From the NCBI GenBank assembly GCA_963701965.1, contig OY969695.1, positions 1,056,001-1,120,000 of the forward strand: 64,000 bases of DNA, given 5' to 3'. This stretch comes from an uncultured Gemmatimonadales bacterium (GTDB taxonomy: Bacteria > Gemmatimonadota > Gemmatimonadetes > Gemmatimonadales > Gemmatimonadaceae). The position numbers were made by a program, and so were the translations under genes. This document shows, piece after piece, positions 18,852-28,825 of the stretch. The notes under the pieces were generated by a model. It did no database searches, was not told the DNA's origin, and saw only the letters and a program-made list of their open reading frames with translations. The number at the start of each line of letters is the position of its first letter. Positions within the stretch are counted from its first letter, which is position 1.

Positions 18852-19431
18852 GCCGGCGGTTCGGCCGGGCGCCGCTTCGGTCATCGCCGAGGAGACGGCG
18901 CTAGTCGAGCGCGTGCAGGCGGGCGATTCGGCCGCCTACGACGTGCTCGTGCGCCGCTATATGCGGCGTGCCTTTACGGTCGCGTTCCGTCTGCTGGGCC
19001 ACCGCGAGGACGCCGAGGATCTCGTGCAGGAGACGTTCATGACCATCCTGCGGCAGATCGACGCGTTCCAGCGCGGACGTCCTTTCGGTCCGTGGATGTA
19101 TCGCATCCTGATCAATCGCGGCCTCAACGCCCGCAAAGCGCGATCGCTCCGACGCACCGAGCTCCTCTCCGAGGACGTGCCCGGCACCGACACTCCGTAC
19201 CTGGCCTTGGAGCGCCGTGAGGTCCGCGAGCGGTTTCGCGCCGCGCTGGCGACATTGCCGGCGCGCCAGAAACTGGTCATCGAGCTGATCGAGATCGATG
19301 GCTTCACGCGCACGGAAGTCGCCGAGGCGTTGGGCATCTCCAATGCGACCGTGCGCTGGCACGTGCACGATGCCTGGCGCACGCTGCGCCGCGTGTTGGC
19401 CCCGTTGGCGCGGGAAGCGGCGGCCCGATGA
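18811..19431 (+). CDS. ECF sigma factor (start may be GTG 18826)
   Basis: DAEDLVQETF, WMYRILIN, EVAEALGISNATVRWHVH. Confidence 0.9.
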   Translation: MEDSPVGTAAVRTEPAVRPGAASVIAEETALVERVQAGDSAAYDVLVRRYMRRAFTVAFRLLGHREDAEDLVQETFMTILRQIDAFQRGRPFGPWMYRILINRGLNARKARSLRRTELLSEDVPGTDTPYLALERREVRERFRAALATLPARQKLVIELIEIDGFTRTEVAEALGISNATVRWHVHDAWRTLRRVLAPLAREAAAR

Positions 19432-19790
19432 CGTCAGCTCGCGACCGCGCCCAGCTGCGCGAGGCGGCAGATCCCATGCCCAGCGACGTCGATTGGCAGG
19501 CGCTGGCGCGGCGCATCGCCAGTGACGCCGCGGCGCCGCTCGGCGCGCGGCGCCACCAGTGGTGGGACTACACGGCGAACTGGGCCCGGGCGGCCGTGTC
19601 GGTGGGCATCGCGGCGGCCGTCACCGCCGCCTTCGTGCTCGCCGCGGTTCCCACCCCACCGGCGCCCGCCGCCACGTTGCTCAGTACTTTCGGTGGGGGC
19701 GAAGCGCCGGCCCGCACGTTCGAATCCACGGTGATCGGTCTCCGGGGCGGCGCGTCGGTCATCGCCGCGGCCGTCGGCGCGGGCGAATGA
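19428..19790 (+). CDS. Putative single-TM anti-sigma factor
   Basis: ATGA-coupled to the ECF gene; one TM segment. Confidence 0.6.
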   Translation: MTSARDRAQLREAADPMPSDVDWQALARRIASDAAAPLGARRHQWWDYTANWARAAVSVGIAAAVTAAFVLAAVPTPPAPAATLLSTFGGGEAPARTFESTVIGLRGGASVIAAAVGAGE

Positions 19791-20230
19791 CCGCCGGCAA
19801 CATCGCGGCGAATGTCTTCGGCATGCCGGACGCCAACAGGCCCCCACGGCGGATGAACCGCAAAGTCATCGCCGGTGTCGTATTGATCGTCGTCGCCGGC
19901 ACCGGTTTCGCCGCGGGGATCGCCACGGACCGCATGATGGTCGGACGCCAGTTTTCGGCCGGCATGGTCGACGCACCGGACGCCCGCGCCCAACACGGCA
20001 TCGGCGACCGGTTGGCGCGAGAGTTGGGTCTGACGTCGACGCAACGCGCGCAGGTCGACGCCATCATCGGCCGGCAGACGATCACCGCCGAAGCGCTGCG
20101 GCGGGAGTATCAGCCGCGCGTGCGCGCCATTATGATCGCGACGCGCGCGGCCATCGACAGTGTTCTCACTCCAGCGCAGCAGGAACGCCTGCGCACCCTC
20201 ACGAGCAAGCAGCCGACTGGCTACCGCTGA
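19787..20230 (+). CDS. Membrane-anchored Spy/CpxP/heavy-metal-sensor-like protein
   Basis: TM then LARELGLTSTQ...LTPAQQER; ATGA coupling. Confidence 0.65.
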   Translation: MTAGNIAANVFGMPDANRPPRRMNRKVIAGVVLIVVAGTGFAAGIATDRMMVGRQFSAGMVDAPDARAQHGIGDRLARELGLTSTQRAQVDAIIGRQTITAEALRREYQPRVRAIMIATRAAIDSVLTPAQQERLRTLTSKQPTGYR

Positions 20231-20763
20231 AAACGATAGCCCGTCTTCTTCACGGTCATAATGTGTCGAGGCGCGGTGGCATCGATTTCCAGCCGATGCC
20301 GGAGATGCCAGATGTGGGTGTCCACCGTTCGGGCACCACTGCCATCCGCATCGGGCCACGCCGCGTCAATGAGATCCTGCCTCGACATGGCTTGACCCTC
20401 CGAACGCACCAAGGCCGCCAAGAGATCGAACTGTCTCGGCGTCAGCTCGACCGGCACACCAAGCCGCGTGACGGCCCGCGCGGCGAGATCGACCGCGACG
20501 TCGCCGAACCGCACGACCCGCGCTTCGCGGGGCGCCTCGTCCGACACCAGCTTAGCCGTAGGGAGTTTGGCCGAGTTGGCCTTGCCTGGTGCGTCGAGCA
20601 CCAGTTGAATCACGAGCGGCTTGCCGTTCGCCGTACCCGCCTGATGTGACCGCAGCAGTCGAATTGCCCGCGATGCGGGCGCCCCGCCGACCAGTCGCAG
20701 GACAATTTTCGGCTCCGCGGCGGCCGTCGCGGCCCGCCGCCGTACCGCCTTGCGCAGCTCCAC
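20221..20763 (-). CDS. OmpR/PhoB winged-helix protein without receiver domain
   Basis: LTPRQFDLL...RTVDTHIWHLR...IMTVKKTGYRF; no REC motifs upstream. Confidence 0.8.
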   Translation of the reverse strand: MELRKAVRRRAATAAAEPKIVLRLVGGAPASRAIRLLRSHQAGTANGKPLVIQLVLDAPGKANSAKLPTAKLVSDEAPREARVVRFGDVAVDLAARAVTRLGVPVELTPRQFDLLAALVRSEGQAMSRQDLIDAAWPDADGSGARTVDTHIWHLRHRLEIDATAPRHIMTVKKTGYRFQR

Positions 20764-20814
20764 GATGTCTCCAGTCCAAGAAATGCTTTCCTGCTATCTA
20801 CTCGCGAGGCAGCA

Positions 20815-21795
20815 TTATCGTTGGAGTCCGATCGCGCCCCGCGCGCCGAGCAACACGGCGCCGCCGTCTATCGGGGCGATCGCGTTGTAGCCGGCCGTGT
20901 CGGCTTGGCTCCACTGCCTGCCATCGGGTGAGCCCCACGTCCCCTGCGTGCCCGTCGCCAACCAGCCCGCTCCGACGTGCGCGACCGCGGAGAGATAGGG
21001 CGGTCCAATCATGGCCGCGTGCCACGACTGGCCCCCGTCGTCACTCCAGGCGACGTTGACGCGCGCCGAATCCGGCTTGGCGTAGTTGCCACCCACGACC
21101 ACGCCATGACGGCCGCTGAACGCCACGGAAAACGCCCCCGCGCTCGCGGAGCCCGTGGGCAACGGGAGCGGGCGCGCGGACCAATGGTCCCCGAAGTCGG
21201 CCGTATGGAACATCCGCGCCTCCGCTCCCCCTCCCGTGACGAACCAAGCTTCTCCGCCCGGTCCGGTCACCAGACAGGTGTTGCTTGCGGCAAACGCTCC
21301 CTCACCCGGGAGCGCGGGCGGCGCCACGGCCTTCGCCCAGTGCCCGCCCCCGTCCCGGCTTACCAATAACGTGAACGCGCCGTTGACCGGATCGCCCAGC
21401 ACGATGATGTGCGCCGCATCCCACAGGGCGATGGCATCGAGAAAAGTTCCCGGGTGCGTATCGTCATATTCGCGCGTCCACGAGCGGCCGCCGTCGACGG
21501 TTTTGTAGAGGCGGCCCGTGTCGGCGCTCGACACCATGACGTGCGCCGTGGCGCGATCGACCGCCGCCACACCGCGCAGGTCGAACGTCCGCGCCGGCGC
21601 GACCGTATCGACGTGCCACGACCGGCCCGCGTCCGTCGACTGGAGCACGACGCCGTGTTCTCCGCTCGCCCACACCGTGCCATCGCCGGCGACGCTGACG
21701 CCGCGCAACCCCGCCGTCGTCGGCGACACGACGCGCCGGACGGGGCCCAGGAACGCGACCCCGGCGAGGGCCGCGACCGCCCCCCAGCGGATCAT
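20815..21795 (-). CDS. Secreted BNR/YCF48-like beta-propeller
   Basis: Repeated Asp-box ([32 protein letters not shown]); [10 protein letters not shown]. Confidence 0.85.
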   Translation of the reverse strand: MIRWGAVAALAGVAFLGPVRRVVSPTTAGLRGVSVAGDGTVWASGEHGVVLQSTDAGRSWHVDTVAPARTFDLRGVAAVDRATAHVMVSSADTGRLYKTVDGGRSWTREYDDTHPGTFLDAIALWDAAHIIVLGDPVNGAFTLLVSRDGGGHWAKAVAPPALPGEGAFAASNTCLVTGPGGEAWFVTGGGAEARMFHTADFGDHWSARPLPLPTGSASAGAFSVAFSGRHGVVVGGNYAKPDSARVNVAWSDDGGQSWHAAMIGPPYLSAVAHVGAGWLATGTQGTWGSPDGRQWSQADTAGYNAIAPIDGGAVLLGARGAIGLQR

Positions 21796-22532
21796 CCGGC
21801 GGCTGCCTCGACGAGACCGCCGAACCGCCGCTCGCGGTGGCGAAATTCGGTGAGCGCGTGGGACAGCGCTTCGGTCCCGAAGTCGGGCCACATGTGCGGC
21901 GTGAAGTACAACTCGGCGTACGAGCACTCCCACAGCAGGAAGTCACTCAAACGCTGCTCGCCGCCAGTGCGGATCAGGAGGTCGACATCGGGCACCGGCG
22001 GCGAGTGGTGGACGTCGGCCAGAAGGACCGCGAACTCGGCGCGCGTCGGCACCGCGCCGTCCGGCCGCGCCGCGGCGTAGCGCGCGGCGGCGCGGAGAAT
22101 CGCGTCGCGCGACGAATAGTCGATCGCGATACGGAGCCACAGCGCCCGGCCGTGCACGGTCTGCGCTTCTGCTGATTCGATCGTGCGAATCAATACCGAC
22201 GGCAAACGATCGCGTCGTCCCACAATGGTCATGCGTACGCCGTTCGCCAGGCAGCGCCCCACCTCGGCGGCGAGCGACCGGCGAAACAAGCGCATCAGCG
22301 CGTGGACTTCCGCGGCCGGCCGGCTCCAGTTGTCGGCCGAGAACGCGTACAGGGTCAGCGTGCCGACGCCGAGCGACGACGCGCCTTCGACGATCCGCCG
22401 CACGGTATCGACGCCGGCCAGATGCCCGGCGGCGCGGGGCTTTCCCCGGGCGCGCGCCCAACGGCCATTCCCATCCATGATGATCGCCACGTGGGTACCG
22501 GCGGGCGTGGCGAGCGAAGCACTTTGTCCCAT
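21792..22532 (-). CDS. uppS: cis-prenyltransferase (undecaprenyl diphosphate synthase)
   Basis: [45 protein letters not shown]. Confidence 0.93.
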   Translation of the reverse strand: MGQSASLATPAGTHVAIIMDGNGRWARARGKPRAAGHLAGVDTVRRIVEGASSLGVGTLTLYAFSADNWSRPAAEVHALMRLFRRSLAAEVGRCLANGVRMTIVGRRDRLPSVLIRTIESAEAQTVHGRALWLRIAIDYSSRDAILRAAARYAAARPDGAVPTRAEFAVLLADVHHSPPVPDVDLLIRTGGEQRLSDFLLWECSYAELYFTPHMWPDFGTEALSHALTEFRHRERRFGGLVEAAAG

Positions 22533-22565
22533 GAAGTCAAACCCCAAAAAAAGAGCGCGAGCCCG

Positions 22566-22961
22566 TCATTTGTCCCGGGTAACCCGGATGAGGGCCTCCA
22601 TGTGGTCCAGGTACCGTTCCAGTGCACGACGACCGGCGGCGGTCAGGCGATACTCGGTGTGCGGCAACCGGCCGCTGAATGTTTTCTCGCAGCTCACGTA
22701 GCCCGCTTCCTCGAGCTTGCGGGCATGGACGCTGAGGTTGCCGTCCGTGGCCTGCATGAGCTGCTTGAGCTCGTTGAAGCTCAACACTTCGTTGACGGCG
22801 AGCGCGCTCACGATGCCAAGGCGCAGCCGCTCATGAATGATGCGATCGAGCGCGGACGACGCGCGCGCCGCCGCCCGTCCGCCCACCCGACGCACGGGAC
22901 GATCGTCGACGCCGAGTGCGCGATCTTTGGGTACCGCGGAACTGCCGCCCTTAGCCACCAT
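22566..22961 (-). CDS. Winged-helix transcriptional regulator
   Basis: IHERLRLGIVSAL...TDGNLSVHARKLEEAGYV...TEYRLT. Confidence 0.88.
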   Translation of the reverse strand: MVAKGGSSAVPKDRALGVDDRPVRRVGGRAAARASSALDRIIHERLRLGIVSALAVNEVLSFNELKQLMQATDGNLSVHARKLEEAGYVSCEKTFSGRLPHTEYRLTAAGRRALERYLDHMEALIRVTRDK

Positions 22962-23574
22962 GCCTCCATGCGATCGCTGAACCGAACGTCAGGTGGAGAC
23001 CACCGAACCCCACGGCGAGTAACGCATCGCCCCACGCCGCCGGCGCGAACAGCGCCACGACGCCGAGGGCGACGAAGCACAATCCCATCACCGGGACGAT
23101 GCGCACCGAATACGTGCCGGCGGTGACCACGGCCGAGCCGTACACCAGCAACCAAAGTCCCGGCAACGCGCCCACGAGCCCGGCGCGGAACAGCACGATG
23201 GTGAGCAAGGCGCCGACGAACATCGGCGGCGTGAAGCTCAGCGCCAGCTTCCGGCCCGGTCCGTTGAAGACTTGCGAGCCGGCACCGCGCGCCTTGCGCG
23301 CGATCGCCACGGCCGACAGCAGCGCGCTCACGATGGCCGCCGCGATCCAGCAGTCGAGCCACTTACTCGGCGTGGATGTGTGCGCGGCGATGTCGGAGAC
23401 GACGAGCGCGACGATCCCGACGACGAGCATCCCGACACCGGAGATCGCCGTGAATGACCCGGCGCGCTCCATCGTGTCGCGAATGAATTGGAGATTGTCG
23501 AGCGCGCGCAGATGCAGCGCGGGCGGGGATGCGTTTCCGTTCGACGCGTGGTGGACGGACCGAAGCGACGGCAC
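22951..23574 (-). CDS. Multi-TM membrane protein
   Basis: ALDNLQFIRDTMERA followed by six hydrophobic helices; FGGLH. Confidence 0.8.
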   Translation of the reverse strand: MPSLRSVHHASNGNASPPALHLRALDNLQFIRDTMERAGSFTAISGVGMLVVGIVALVVSDIAAHTSTPSKWLDCWIAAAIVSALLSAVAIARKARGAGSQVFNGPGRKLALSFTPPMFVGALLTIVLFRAGLVGALPGLWLLVYGSAVVTAGTYSVRIVPVMGLCFVALGVVALFAPAAWGDALLAVGFGGLHLTFGSAIAWRHGG

Positions 23575-23653
23575 GTCTGCAAGTTAACAGGGCCCACTCC
23601 CGGCGCCACTCATATGGCTCTCGGGAGATGATCAGGCGGGATATATTTGCGCC

Positions 23654-24736
23654 ATGCCACAGGCCGCCCCCGCCGTTGTCCCCCTGTTCGGACACGAAGC
23701 GCTCCGTGCCCGGCTGGGCGCGAGCGCGGATGCCGGCCGCCTCCCGTCTGCCATGCTGTTCGCCGGCCCCGCCGGGATCGGCAAGCAGCGGCTGGCGCTG
23801 TGGCTGGGACAGCGTCTCCTTTGCACGGCGCCCGCGGGCGCGGCGCGGCCCTGCGGGGAGTGTCGCGCGTGCACGTGGGCGGCGTCGCTGACGCATCCCG
23901 ATCTCACCTGGGTGTATCCGCGCCCCCGGCTCAAGGACAGCGACGCGAGCGCGGCGGAGGTGTGGGAGGATCTGGCGTCGGCTACTGCTGAGCGGGTGGC
24001 CAACGGTCTGCTGTATCCCGCCGTCTCGGGCGCCGAGGCGATTTACGTCGCGACGGTGCGCGCGTTGCTCAAGCGCATCTCCATGACCCCGGCGGTCGGC
24101 ACGCGGAAGGTCATCGTGATCGGCGACGCGCAGCGCATGGTGCCACAGGAGGGCGCCGACGCGGCGGCCAACGCCTTTCTCAAAGTCCTCGAGGAGCCGC
24201 CGGCCGACACCACGCTCCTGCTCACGTCGAGCGAGCCCGGCGCGCTCTTGCCGACGATCCGCTCGCGGCTCGTGAGCGTGCGCGTGGCGCCGCTCCCGGA
24301 CCGCGATGTCGGCGCGTTCGTGGGCCACGATCTGGTGCGGGCGAAACTGAGTGGAACCGCGGACACGTTGGTGCCCGCCGCCGCTGGCGCGCCGGGCCGC
24401 TTGCTGAGCACGGACACAAGGAGTGCCGCGCAGGAGGCGCGCGCCATGCTCGACGCGGCGCTCTCGCCGCGCGACGGCGCCGCGTTGTATCGCGCCGCGC
24501 TGCGCCAGGGCGCGGCCGGCGCGCGCGGCGCCTACGCCGAGCGGCTCGAGGCGTTGACGGTGTTGCTGCACGCGCGGGCACGCGCGGCCGTCGAGCGCGG
24601 CGCGTTGGCACACGCGCGGGCCGCGAGCGACGCTGTCGCCCACGTCGAGCGCACGAAGGAGCTCGCCGATGCGAATGCGAATCCGCAGTTGCTCACGGTG
24701 GCGATGCTACGGGCGATTCGGGAGCGGGCATCATGA
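23654..24736 (+). CDS. holB: DNA polymerase III delta' subunit
   Basis: FAGPAGIGK, C...CGECRAC, HPD, ANAFLKVLEEPP, LPTIRSR. Confidence 0.9.
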   Translation: MPQAAPAVVPLFGHEALRARLGASADAGRLPSAMLFAGPAGIGKQRLALWLGQRLLCTAPAGAARPCGECRACTWAASLTHPDLTWVYPRPRLKDSDASAAEVWEDLASATAERVANGLLYPAVSGAEAIYVATVRALLKRISMTPAVGTRKVIVIGDAQRMVPQEGADAAANAFLKVLEEPPADTTLLLTSSEPGALLPTIRSRLVSVRVAPLPDRDVGAFVGHDLVRAKLSGTADTLVPAAAGAPGRLLSTDTRSAAQEARAMLDAALSPRDGAALYRAALRQGAAGARGAYAERLEALTVLLHARARAAVERGALAHARAASDAVAHVERTKELADANANPQLLTVAMLRAIRERAS

Positions 24737-25218
24737 GCGCGAAAAAAGCGCTCTCGCACATCGGACAAGATGGCGCCGCGCGCATGGTCAATGTGACCGA
24801 CAAGCCTGACACGGTTCGTGTCGCGCGCGCGACAGGTGCGATCCGGATGCGGGACGAAACGCTGCGCGCAATCGTGGAACACGGTGTCGCGAAAGGAGAC
24901 GTCGTCGCGGTATCACGTGTTGCTGGTATTCTGGCAGGCAAGCGTACGGCAGAGCTGGTACCACTGTGTCACCCCTTGCCATTGACCGACCTTGAGGTCA
25001 GTCTTTTGCCGGATCAATCGCTTCCAGGGCTCCGGGCTGAGGCTGTCGCCAAGACTGTCGGAAAGACAGGAGTGGAGATGGAAGCGTTGACCGCCGTCGC
25101 GGTGAGCCTGATCACCGTGTATGACATGGTGAAAGCGATAGATAAGACCCTGGTGATTTCGGACGTAATGCTCCAGGAGAAGCACGGCGGAAAGGGCGGA
25201 TCGTGGCGCCGGTCATGA
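24733..25218 (+). CDS. moaC: Cyclic pyranopterin monophosphate synthase
   Basis: LSH...MVNV, KGDV, LVPLCHP, TGVEMEAL, YDMVKAID. Confidence 0.96.
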   Translation: MSAKKALSHIGQDGAARMVNVTDKPDTVRVARATGAIRMRDETLRAIVEHGVAKGDVVAVSRVAGILAGKRTAELVPLCHPLPLTDLEVSLLPDQSLPGLRAEAVAKTVGKTGVEMEALTAVAVSLITVYDMVKAIDKTLVISDVMLQEKHGGKGGSWRRS

Positions 25219-25271
25219 GTGGCACAACGGTTGCGCCTGACGTTTTCCTAGCTCAACCCAGGATGTAGCCT

Positions 25272-25955
25272 ATGCGACGCTATACAAGTGAGTATGCACG
25301 CCGCGGTGATATCGAGCGGAGACGCGCGCGCCTGTGGAACGCGGCGCTGGCGGTCCTCGCCTGTGGGATGGCGTTGGCGGCGTATGCGGGACACCGGCCT
25401 TCCGAGGCTCGTGCCGAAGCCATGCCCTTGCTGGTCGTCGGCCCGTCCGAGTTGCGCGAGCAACTGGATGAGACGCGCGGCAGGCTCGACTTGGCGACGG
25501 CGCAGCTTGATCGTATGCGCTCCATTTTTGCCTACTCCACGCAGTATCACGTGGGGGCGGATCTCGCCTCGTCGATCTATGATGTCGCGATCGCCGAGGG
25601 CATCGAGCCCGAGCTGGCGTTTCGCGTCGTGAAGGTCGAGAGTGAGTTCAATGAGCATGCGTTGAGCAATGCCGGCGCGGTTGGGCTCACGCAGGTCATG
25701 CCGTCCACCGCGCGGTATTTCCATCCGGGCGTGACGCGCGACCAGCTGTATGATCGCGATGTCAATCTGCGGTGTGGGTTCCGGTATCTGCGCACGTTGG
25801 TGCGCGAGAATCACGGCAACATGAAAATGGCGCTGCTCATTTACAATCGCGGAGAGCAGGCCGTCCAGCAGTCGCGCGAGCAGGGCATCGACCCGTCGAA
25901 CGGCTACGAGCTCTTGGTCATGAAGGGGTACAAGGGCAAAGGGGTGATCGACTGA
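25272..25955 (+). CDS. SLT-domain lytic transglycosylase, membrane anchored
   Basis: VESEF, GAVGLTQVMPST, ALLIYNRG. Confidence 0.9.
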   Translation: MRRYTSEYARRGDIERRRARLWNAALAVLACGMALAAYAGHRPSEARAEAMPLLVVGPSELREQLDETRGRLDLATAQLDRMRSIFAYSTQYHVGADLASSIYDVAIAEGIEPELAFRVVKVESEFNEHALSNAGAVGLTQVMPSTARYFHPGVTRDQLYDRDVNLRCGFRYLRTLVRENHGNMKMALLIYNRGEQAVQQSREQGIDPSNGYELLVMKGYKGKGVID

Positions 25956-26088
25956 CGTCGATCCCCCTTCGCCTTGTACCCGAGGTCTGTTGGAAGGCAC
26001 GGCGCTGCGCGCCGTTGCAGAAAGGCAAAGGGGTGATCGACTGACGTGATCGACTAATCCCGTCGATCCCCCCGCCCTCGAGGGCGGG
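25926..26088. repeat. Compound repeat: inverted repeat across the SLT stop, 24-bp direct repeat, 18-bp palindrome
   Basis: Imperfect IR 25926-25981; GGCAAAGGGGTGATCGACTGACGT at 25935-25958 and 26024-26047; CCCGCCCTCGAGGGCGGG at 26071-26088. Confidence 0.85.
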
Positions 26089-26090
26089 CC

Positions 26091-27575
26091 CTAGTGCTTG
26101 TGCGTGGTGCGGCGGGACCCGGACACGACCAACGCTTGTCCGGGTAGGATAATGCTCTTGCGCAGACCGTTGATCTGCATGAGCCGCGCGACCGATGTGT
26201 GATAGTGCTGGGCGATGAGGCCCAGCGACTCCCCGCGCTTCACGATGTGAATGGATCCGCGCGACGCCGAGCCGTACCGCTCGATCGACGGGTCCGGCAC
26301 GTCGAGCGCCACGGCGACCACGACGCTGCTCGGCACCAGCACCGTCTCACCCGCCGGAATCCGCCCGCTCTTGGTGCGCGAGACTTTCGGATTGTACCAC
26401 TCGAGCTGCCGGGCAGTGATGCCCGCCCGATGCGCGAGGGTCGCGAAGGTGTCCCCTTTGCGCGCCACCACGTGCGAGACCGCGGTTTTCTCATTCTTCG
26501 GCAGATTCGCGAAGGCCGTATCGAACCCGTCCGCGTGCCCCGTCGGCACGCGCACCGTCATGGAGTCCCGCGGCGGCGACATGCCGCGCAGCACAAAGGG
26601 ATTGAGTTCCGCGATCGTCGCCGTGGGCACGGCGCAGGCCTTGGCGACGGCCGCCAACGGCGTCGCCGGACCGACGCGCACGGAATCGTAGGCGTATGGC
26701 TCCTCGGGATCGATGTGGAGCCCGTAGCGCCCCGGCTGCTTGGCCACGATGGCCGCCGCGATCAGCTGTGGGACGTAGTTCTTGGTCTCGCTCCGCAGAT
26801 AGTCTTTGTCGGCCAACGCGAAGAAGAGATCGTCGCCGCTTTGTCCCTCGAAGTCGCTCGCGTAGCGCGTGAGCCCGCGGGCAATGCGCCCCGGCCCCCC
26901 GTCATACGCCGCCGCCGCCAGATAGGGCGACCCGAACTGCTCCTTGAGATACCGCAGAAACTTGATGGCGGCATCGGTCGACCGTACGGGATCGCGCCGC
27001 TCGTCGATCCACCAGTCGACGCGCAATCCCGCGCCGCGCGCCGTGGAGGTCATGAGCTGCCACATCCCGACCGCCGCCGCCGACGAATAGGCGTGCGGGG
27101 AGTACCCGCTCTCGATGAGCGCCAGGTACGTCATGTCCTCGGGCAACCCGGCCGCGCGCAGCTTGGCGCGGATCATGGGTTCGTACCGCGTGCCGCGCTG
27201 CACCCGCTCCTCGAAATGGTCGCGGGCATCGCCGGCGAACAGCGTGATGAACCGCGCCACGCGCTTCTGGGTCTCGTAGGACCTGACGTCGATGTCCCAG
27301 TGCACGGCCGCCGATTCGGCGGGCGTCTTGGCGGTGTCCAGCGCCCGGGCCAGCCCGGCCGACGAGCTATCCGGGAGCAGCGCGTCACCGAACGCCGAGG
27401 CGTTGGCCTGGGCAATTTCGGCTGGCGTGACGGTCGTGTCAGGGGTGGCGTTGGGAACTGTCGCGGGGACGGGCGCCGGGGTCACGGCCACCGGCGTGGG
27501 CGCGGGCGTCGGTGCGTGCCCATGACCACAGCCCGCCAATGCCGCGGCAACGACTATCGGGAGAAACTGACGCAT
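26091..27575 (-). CDS. MltD-like lytic transglycosylase lipoprotein with LysM domains
   Basis: LAGC lipobox; LIESG, GMWQLM, ETKNYVP; LysM repeats. Confidence 0.92.
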   Translation of the reverse strand: MRQFLPIVVAAALAGCGHGHAPTPAPTPVAVTPAPVPATVPNATPDTTVTPAEIAQANASAFGDALLPDSSSAGLARALDTAKTPAESAAVHWDIDVRSYETQKRVARFITLFAGDARDHFEERVQRGTRYEPMIRAKLRAAGLPEDMTYLALIESGYSPHAYSSAAAVGMWQLMTSTARGAGLRVDWWIDERRDPVRSTDAAIKFLRYLKEQFGSPYLAAAAYDGGPGRIARGLTRYASDFEGQSGDDLFFALADKDYLRSETKNYVPQLIAAAIVAKQPGRYGLHIDPEEPYAYDSVRVGPATPLAAVAKACAVPTATIAELNPFVLRGMSPPRDSMTVRVPTGHADGFDTAFANLPKNEKTAVSHVVARKGDTFATLAHRAGITARQLEWYNPKVSRTKSGRIPAGETVLVPSSVVVAVALDVPDPSIERYGSASRGSIHIVKRGESLGLIAQHYHTSVARLMQINGLRKSIILPGQALVVSGSRRTTHKH

Positions 27576-27623
27576 CGTGTCTGCCGTACCCCGGCGCCGC
27601 CGGTGTGGGTCCGCCTGTGGCGA

Positions 27624-28079
27624 TCAGCGGGTGGCGATGAAGTTACCGAGAATGCGATTGGTCGCGTTCAAGACCGCCACCACCGCCGCCCGCACCGGGT
27701 CCTGCTCGGCGAGATAGCTGCCGAGCAAACGCGTGGGCCCTTCGCCTTTGCGCAGGCCCACCGCGACGATCACGATGTTCGCATCGAAGGCCCGGAGCGC
27801 CTTGATGCCGGCCAGCTCGAAGGCTAACGCGCCGCCGGCGAAGCTCTCCAGGGCGTGCAGCGCGGCCTCCGCAGCCACCCGAAGGTCGCCCATGGGACTG
27901 GACTGCCCGGTCGCGCGACCGACCACGCTCACGCCGTCGAGCCATTCCAGCTCGACTTCGGCGGTGCACAGTCCGGATGGCGTCCGCATGAACCGGAAGT
28001 TAGAAAACTTGAGCCGCTCGCGCTTGAGCTGCATCGCGAGCGGCAGGTCGAAATGCTTCGGTTCAGGTTCCCGACCCAT
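27624..28079 (-). CDS. Conserved hypothetical protein (start 28079 or 28034)
   Basis: Strong codon bias; ends AVLNATNRILG. Confidence 0.6.
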   Translation of the reverse strand: MGREPEPKHFDLPLAMQLKRERLKFSNFRFMRTPSGLCTAEVELEWLDGVSVVGRATGQSSPMGDLRVAAEAALHALESFAGGALAFELAGIKALRAFDANIVIVAVGLRKGEGPTRLLGSYLAEQDPVRAAVVAVLNATNRILGNFIATR

Positions 28080-28207
28080 ACCGTCATCACGACTGAGCAG
28101 CTCAGAAGCAACGGAGCACTTTGATGACGGATGGGTCTTATCGGTTTCCTGTCGTGGCGGCTGTGCCGCCACTCCTCGTCGGCTCGCGACGAACTAGAAC
28201 CAAAAAC

Positions 28208-28729
28208 TCAGCGAATGGCGAAGATCACGACGTCCGTCAGCAGGGCGATCGCCTGCCCTACCACGACATCGCTGGGGTAGTGGACACCCAGACAGACGCG
28301 GCTGAAACCGATCAGGGCGGCTATGGCGAGCAGGGGCAGGGCGAGAGCCGGGAAGGCCATCGCGTAGGCGAAGGCTACTGCCATCGCCGCCGTCGCATGG
28401 CCTGACGGGAAAGAGAATTCATCCGGGACGCGGATCAGCGACTCGCATCCGAGGCGCCGGGACGGGCGCTCGCGGAGGACATTCCTCTTTATGACCTGGA
28501 CCACCCCGTGGGAGATCGCCAGGCCCAGGAAGGCCCGGAGGGCCGCCGTGTGCATCACGGCGCCGGCCATCAGCAGCGGCAGGGTCGCCGCGGCGACGCT
28601 GCACCAGAGGCCCCCCAGGTGCGTAATCGCCACCCACGCGCGAAACGTCGGTGTCGACTCGGCGATGGTCCACCGGTCGAACAACGCGCGATCGCGGGCG
28701 TCAAGACGGGCCAGAAGGGATGTTCCCAT
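28208..28729 (-). CDS. PAP2 family phosphatase
   Basis: K...RERP, SFPSGH, SRVCLGVHYPSD. Confidence 0.93.
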   Translation of the reverse strand: MGTSLLARLDARDRALFDRWTIAESTPTFRAWVAITHLGGLWCSVAAATLPLLMAGAVMHTAALRAFLGLAISHGVVQVIKRNVLRERPSRRLGCESLIRVPDEFSFPSGHATAAMAVAFAYAMAFPALALPLLAIAALIGFSRVCLGVHYPSDVVVGQAIALLTDVVIFAIR

Positions 28730-28825
28730 ACCTCTTCAGGTTAGTGCTGACAAGTGACACCGACACCCGCTCCAGGAAACAAACGAGTAACGTTCGGCCT
28801 GCCATACTTGCGGACCGCACAAATC

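Noticed and set aside
24733..25218. moaC as a foreign gene (looks slightly less GC-biased)
   Set aside because: Coupled to holB, no mobility signs, bias not quantified.
25926..26088. CRISPR mini-array
   Set aside because: Only two copies, derived from a gene end, 65-bp spacer, no cas genes.
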